A stretch of DNA of 63,803 bases, filler included, from Reclinomonas americana ATCC 50394 (taxonomy: Eukaryota): the NCBI GenBank assembly GCA_048213135.1. It is 49 parts of 49 records of this genome, joined end to end, with 100 filler letters (N's around TTAATTAATTAA, not from the genome) between each part and the next. Parts side by side here need not be neighbours in the genome. Positions count along the whole stretch, not along the records: positions 61,308 to 62,505 come from AFZH01026155.1; positions 62,606 to 63,803 come from AFZH01026156.1; 47 more parts are not named here. The stretch is one strand, 5' to 3'. The position numbers and the translations under genes are program-made. Each line of letters starts with the position of its first letter. The stretch's first letter is position 1. Of this stretch, positions 61,308 through 63,803 are shown one piece after another. The notes beneath the pieces are model-generated. The model had not been told where the DNA came from. It made no database searches and saw nothing but the letters and a program-made list of their open reading frames with translations.

Positions 61308-62414
61308 CCTCCGACTCGCGGGCAAAGTAACGCGCCGCAATTGCATTCATGCGTTTGCGGTGCGCGCACGTGCAAGCGCAGCAAGTGATGAGGATGCCGA
61401 TGACAAGGAACAGCACCGCCACGCCACCGGCCACGAGGGCCGACTGAGCGTCGAGTGTGTTACCGAGCACACGATTGCCGGCATTCGGATCTGCGCGTCA
61501 CATCATGAAGTCAGCAAGTGGTGGAAGAGAGGGAGAGAGTGGGACAGCTCACCGTCGGGAATACAGTCGACCTTCAGCGAGTCGATCTTGAACAGCGCCT
61601 GACCCTGGGTGACGAGGCGAATGCACAGCGCCACCTTGGCGTACGTGCCGGACGAGAACGATGCCGAGTATGTGCCGTAGGCACCGACCGACGTGACCGT
61701 CATCGACTGGAACTCGGACGGGCGATCAGAGCACACGGCGGCGGTGTTGAAGTCGCCAGGCGAGTAGCCAATCGTCATGACTGAGGCGTCGAGGTTGGTG
61801 ATGTTGAAGCCAGTGGTGGGCGTGGTGACGGTCGTGTTGAGCGACGGGTTGTAGGGAACGCCGACGCGTTGCGCCGACACCGACAGCGTGAACTTGCCCT
61901 TGACCGCGGCTTGCATAATGACCACACGCGAGGAATCGCCACGCGCGGAAGCATACGCGAGGAGTTCTCCGCCCTTGGCCACCCAGGCGTACTTGCCAGT
62001 CGAGAAACCGTCATACTGCGAGTCCCACGTCGGCAACGAGTTGAAATCGTTGCTGTAGCCACCATCGCAGAGCGCACGAGTCGAGAAGCGAGTCGCAGGC
62101 GTTGTCGCGAGCGATGTCGACGCGTCCGTGTGCAATGAGCGTGGCTCAACGGCCGAATCGACCGCCAATGTCGGCAGAGTCTCGGCGGCCGAGCTGGCCA
62201 CTGGCGCCACCGCAACCTCGGCTGCTGTGGGCGCAATGGCCTCTATTGTTGTTGCTGGTGTTGTTGCAACGGTTGATGTTGTTGTTGTTGTTGTTGGTGC
62301 GTCTGTCGGCACGTGTGGCACCTCCTCCGATGCTGCGGCAACGGTGGCCAGCACCACCAGAATGAGCACGCAGATCGCGGCCAGTGCGCGACGTTGCTCC
62401 TTTTTCTGCAGCAT
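61308..62414 (-). CDS. Type I membrane glycoprotein: signal peptide, Thr/Ala-rich stalk, beta-sandwich-like domain, TM helix
   Basis: Hydrophobic N-terminus ending AAA/SEE, TTTTT stalk, intron at ~61496-61552, TM ALVAGGVAVLFLVIGILIT followed by CCACTC and a basic stop-transfer. Confidence 0.75.
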
Positions 62415-62605
62415 TCTTCACTGCTGCTGGTGGTCTGCGTGTGTCGAAGCACAGAGCATGAGTAAACAAAGAAGAACAAGTCGTCGCGAACGCGTGCCAT
62501 GCACANNNNNNNNNNNNNNNNNNNNNNNNNNNNNNNNNNNNNNNNNNNNTTAATTAATTAANNNNNNNNNNNNNNNNNNNNNNNNNNNNNNNNNNNNNNN
62601 NNNNN

Positions 62606-63353
62606 ATTCTCCGACAGCGACGGCACCTGCGCGTCGAAGGCCACCGGTCCCGGCAGTGCGGCCGACGACGGCAACACGGGAGGGATCGGGGCCGGCGATG
62701 CCATGCGATTCGACGGCGGCGTTGGTGACACCACCATCTCGTTCGCGTCTGCAGGTGGAAGGAGAGAAGTAAGCACAACAACATCGACAAATGATGCGGT
62801 GCGATGTACACGAGGCACAACGCAACGGAACGGGCTGGACGGTAGCCATGCCGAGGAGGCCTTCAACTCCTCCTTGGAGCGCTTCATGCCCGACGACGCC
62901 GGCAGCGACTTGACAGCTGCACACAATCAAGAGTCAGCGGGCGCGAAATGAAATGTAACTGGATCGCAAACACACACGCACCAGCCAACGCTGCATTGTC
63001 GACGCTCGACAGCACCGGTACGCCACTCGTGCCGATCTTGTTCTGCTGCGCCGGTGGCGGGCAGAAGCACGACAGGCAACAAAAGGCGGAGCCGTTCTTC
63101 TGCTGCTGCTGCTGCTGCTGCTGTTGCTGCAGATGCTGAAGCTGCAGATCGGTGAGGGTGGCACCGCCACCGCCACCACCGCCGCCACCACCACTGCCAC
63201 TGTTGCCGATGCTGCTACCGCCGACGCCCGTGCTGAGACCGCGAGCGGTCATCATGCGGCGCTGGCGCAGCGAGGCTTGTGAGATCGGCAGCGCATACTG
63301 CGTGCCGTCGTTGTTGTCGGTGGTCGGTTCCGGGATGGCGACTGCTTGGCCCA
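62606..63353 (-). CDS. Low-complexity (poly-Gly/poly-Gln, Cys cluster) N-terminus of an unknown protein, spliced
   Basis: GGGG.., QQQQ.., FCCLSCFC; two short introns. Confidence 0.5.
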
Positions 63354-63803
63354 TGGGAGGTGTGTGTGTAACTAACGCGCACGCCAGCAACAAAATGCAA
63401 ACGGGGGAGCAATGACGGTTGTTGATGGGGAGGTTGATCCAACAAAGGAGAAGATTCTCGATTGATGATCAAGTGTTCGGAAGGGAGGGAAACACTCTGC
63501 GCATAACACGCGTCAGCACACCACACAGCGAGAGGCGGGGAATCAGTGCAACAAGCAAGCAGGAGGAGGAGGTGGTATGGTGGTGGTGGTGATGGAAGAA
63601 TGCGTGTGTGTGTGAAATGAGATTGGGACGACAGAGAGCGGGTGGAAGGAGTCGGCGAGGGCGCGAAAAACACACGAATGTGAGAATCGTGTTGCGACAG
63701 CAGAGAAGGTGGTGGTGGTGGTGGTGAGTGTGTGTGTGCACGAGAGAGAGAGTCGTGGAGGAAGAACGTGGAAGAGGCACGCACACGGGAAGAATAAAAA
63801 AAA

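Noticed and set aside
1260..62561. Regularly spaced TTAATTAATTAA palindromes as a CRISPR-like array, telomere or chromosome-breakage motif, or nanochromosome ends
   Set aside because: Always embedded in exactly N44/N44 padding with length-sorted inserts; this is a six-frame-stop assembly spacer.
1..63803. rRNA, tRNA or snRNA genes
   Set aside because: None recognised by eye; a tRNAscan/Infernal run would be needed to exclude small RNAs.

Overview
This window is not a contiguous locus. It is 49 unrelated contigs of about 1.2 kb, falling in length from 1215 to 1198 nt, joined by a 100-nt artificial linker (N44-TTAATTAATTAA-N44, stop codons in all six frames). About 42 contigs come from a GC-rich, microsatellite-rich eukaryote with many short (~55-90 nt) GT-AG introns, probably a flagellated protist. 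Recognisable eukaryotic gene fragments include MPP10, cyclophilin H, axonemal dynein DNAH10, kinesin, PI31, NICN1, NUP50, RNF123, a RasGAP, VPS8, transportin-1, an ABCB transporter, kinases, sterol enzymes and a decayed copia element. Seven contigs are intron-less bacterial DNA, from an actinobacterium (Microbacterium-like) and an alphaproteobacterium (Bosea/Rhizobiales-like), most likely prey or contaminants. No gene neighbourhood can be inferred across linkers, so a multi-gene novel system cannot be shown here. The most interesting signals are: a protist gene built of bacterial-style cadherin-like repeats with exactly one repeat per phase-1 exon; a coiled-coil RLK/Pelle-like kinase; an uncharacterised bacterial cupin-nitrilase pair; a family-1B pyrK-pyrD pair in a probable alphaproteobacterium; an allelic contig pair; and a dispersed repeat family. 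All protein identifications come from recalled motifs, not database searches, and exon boundaries were inferred by eye.
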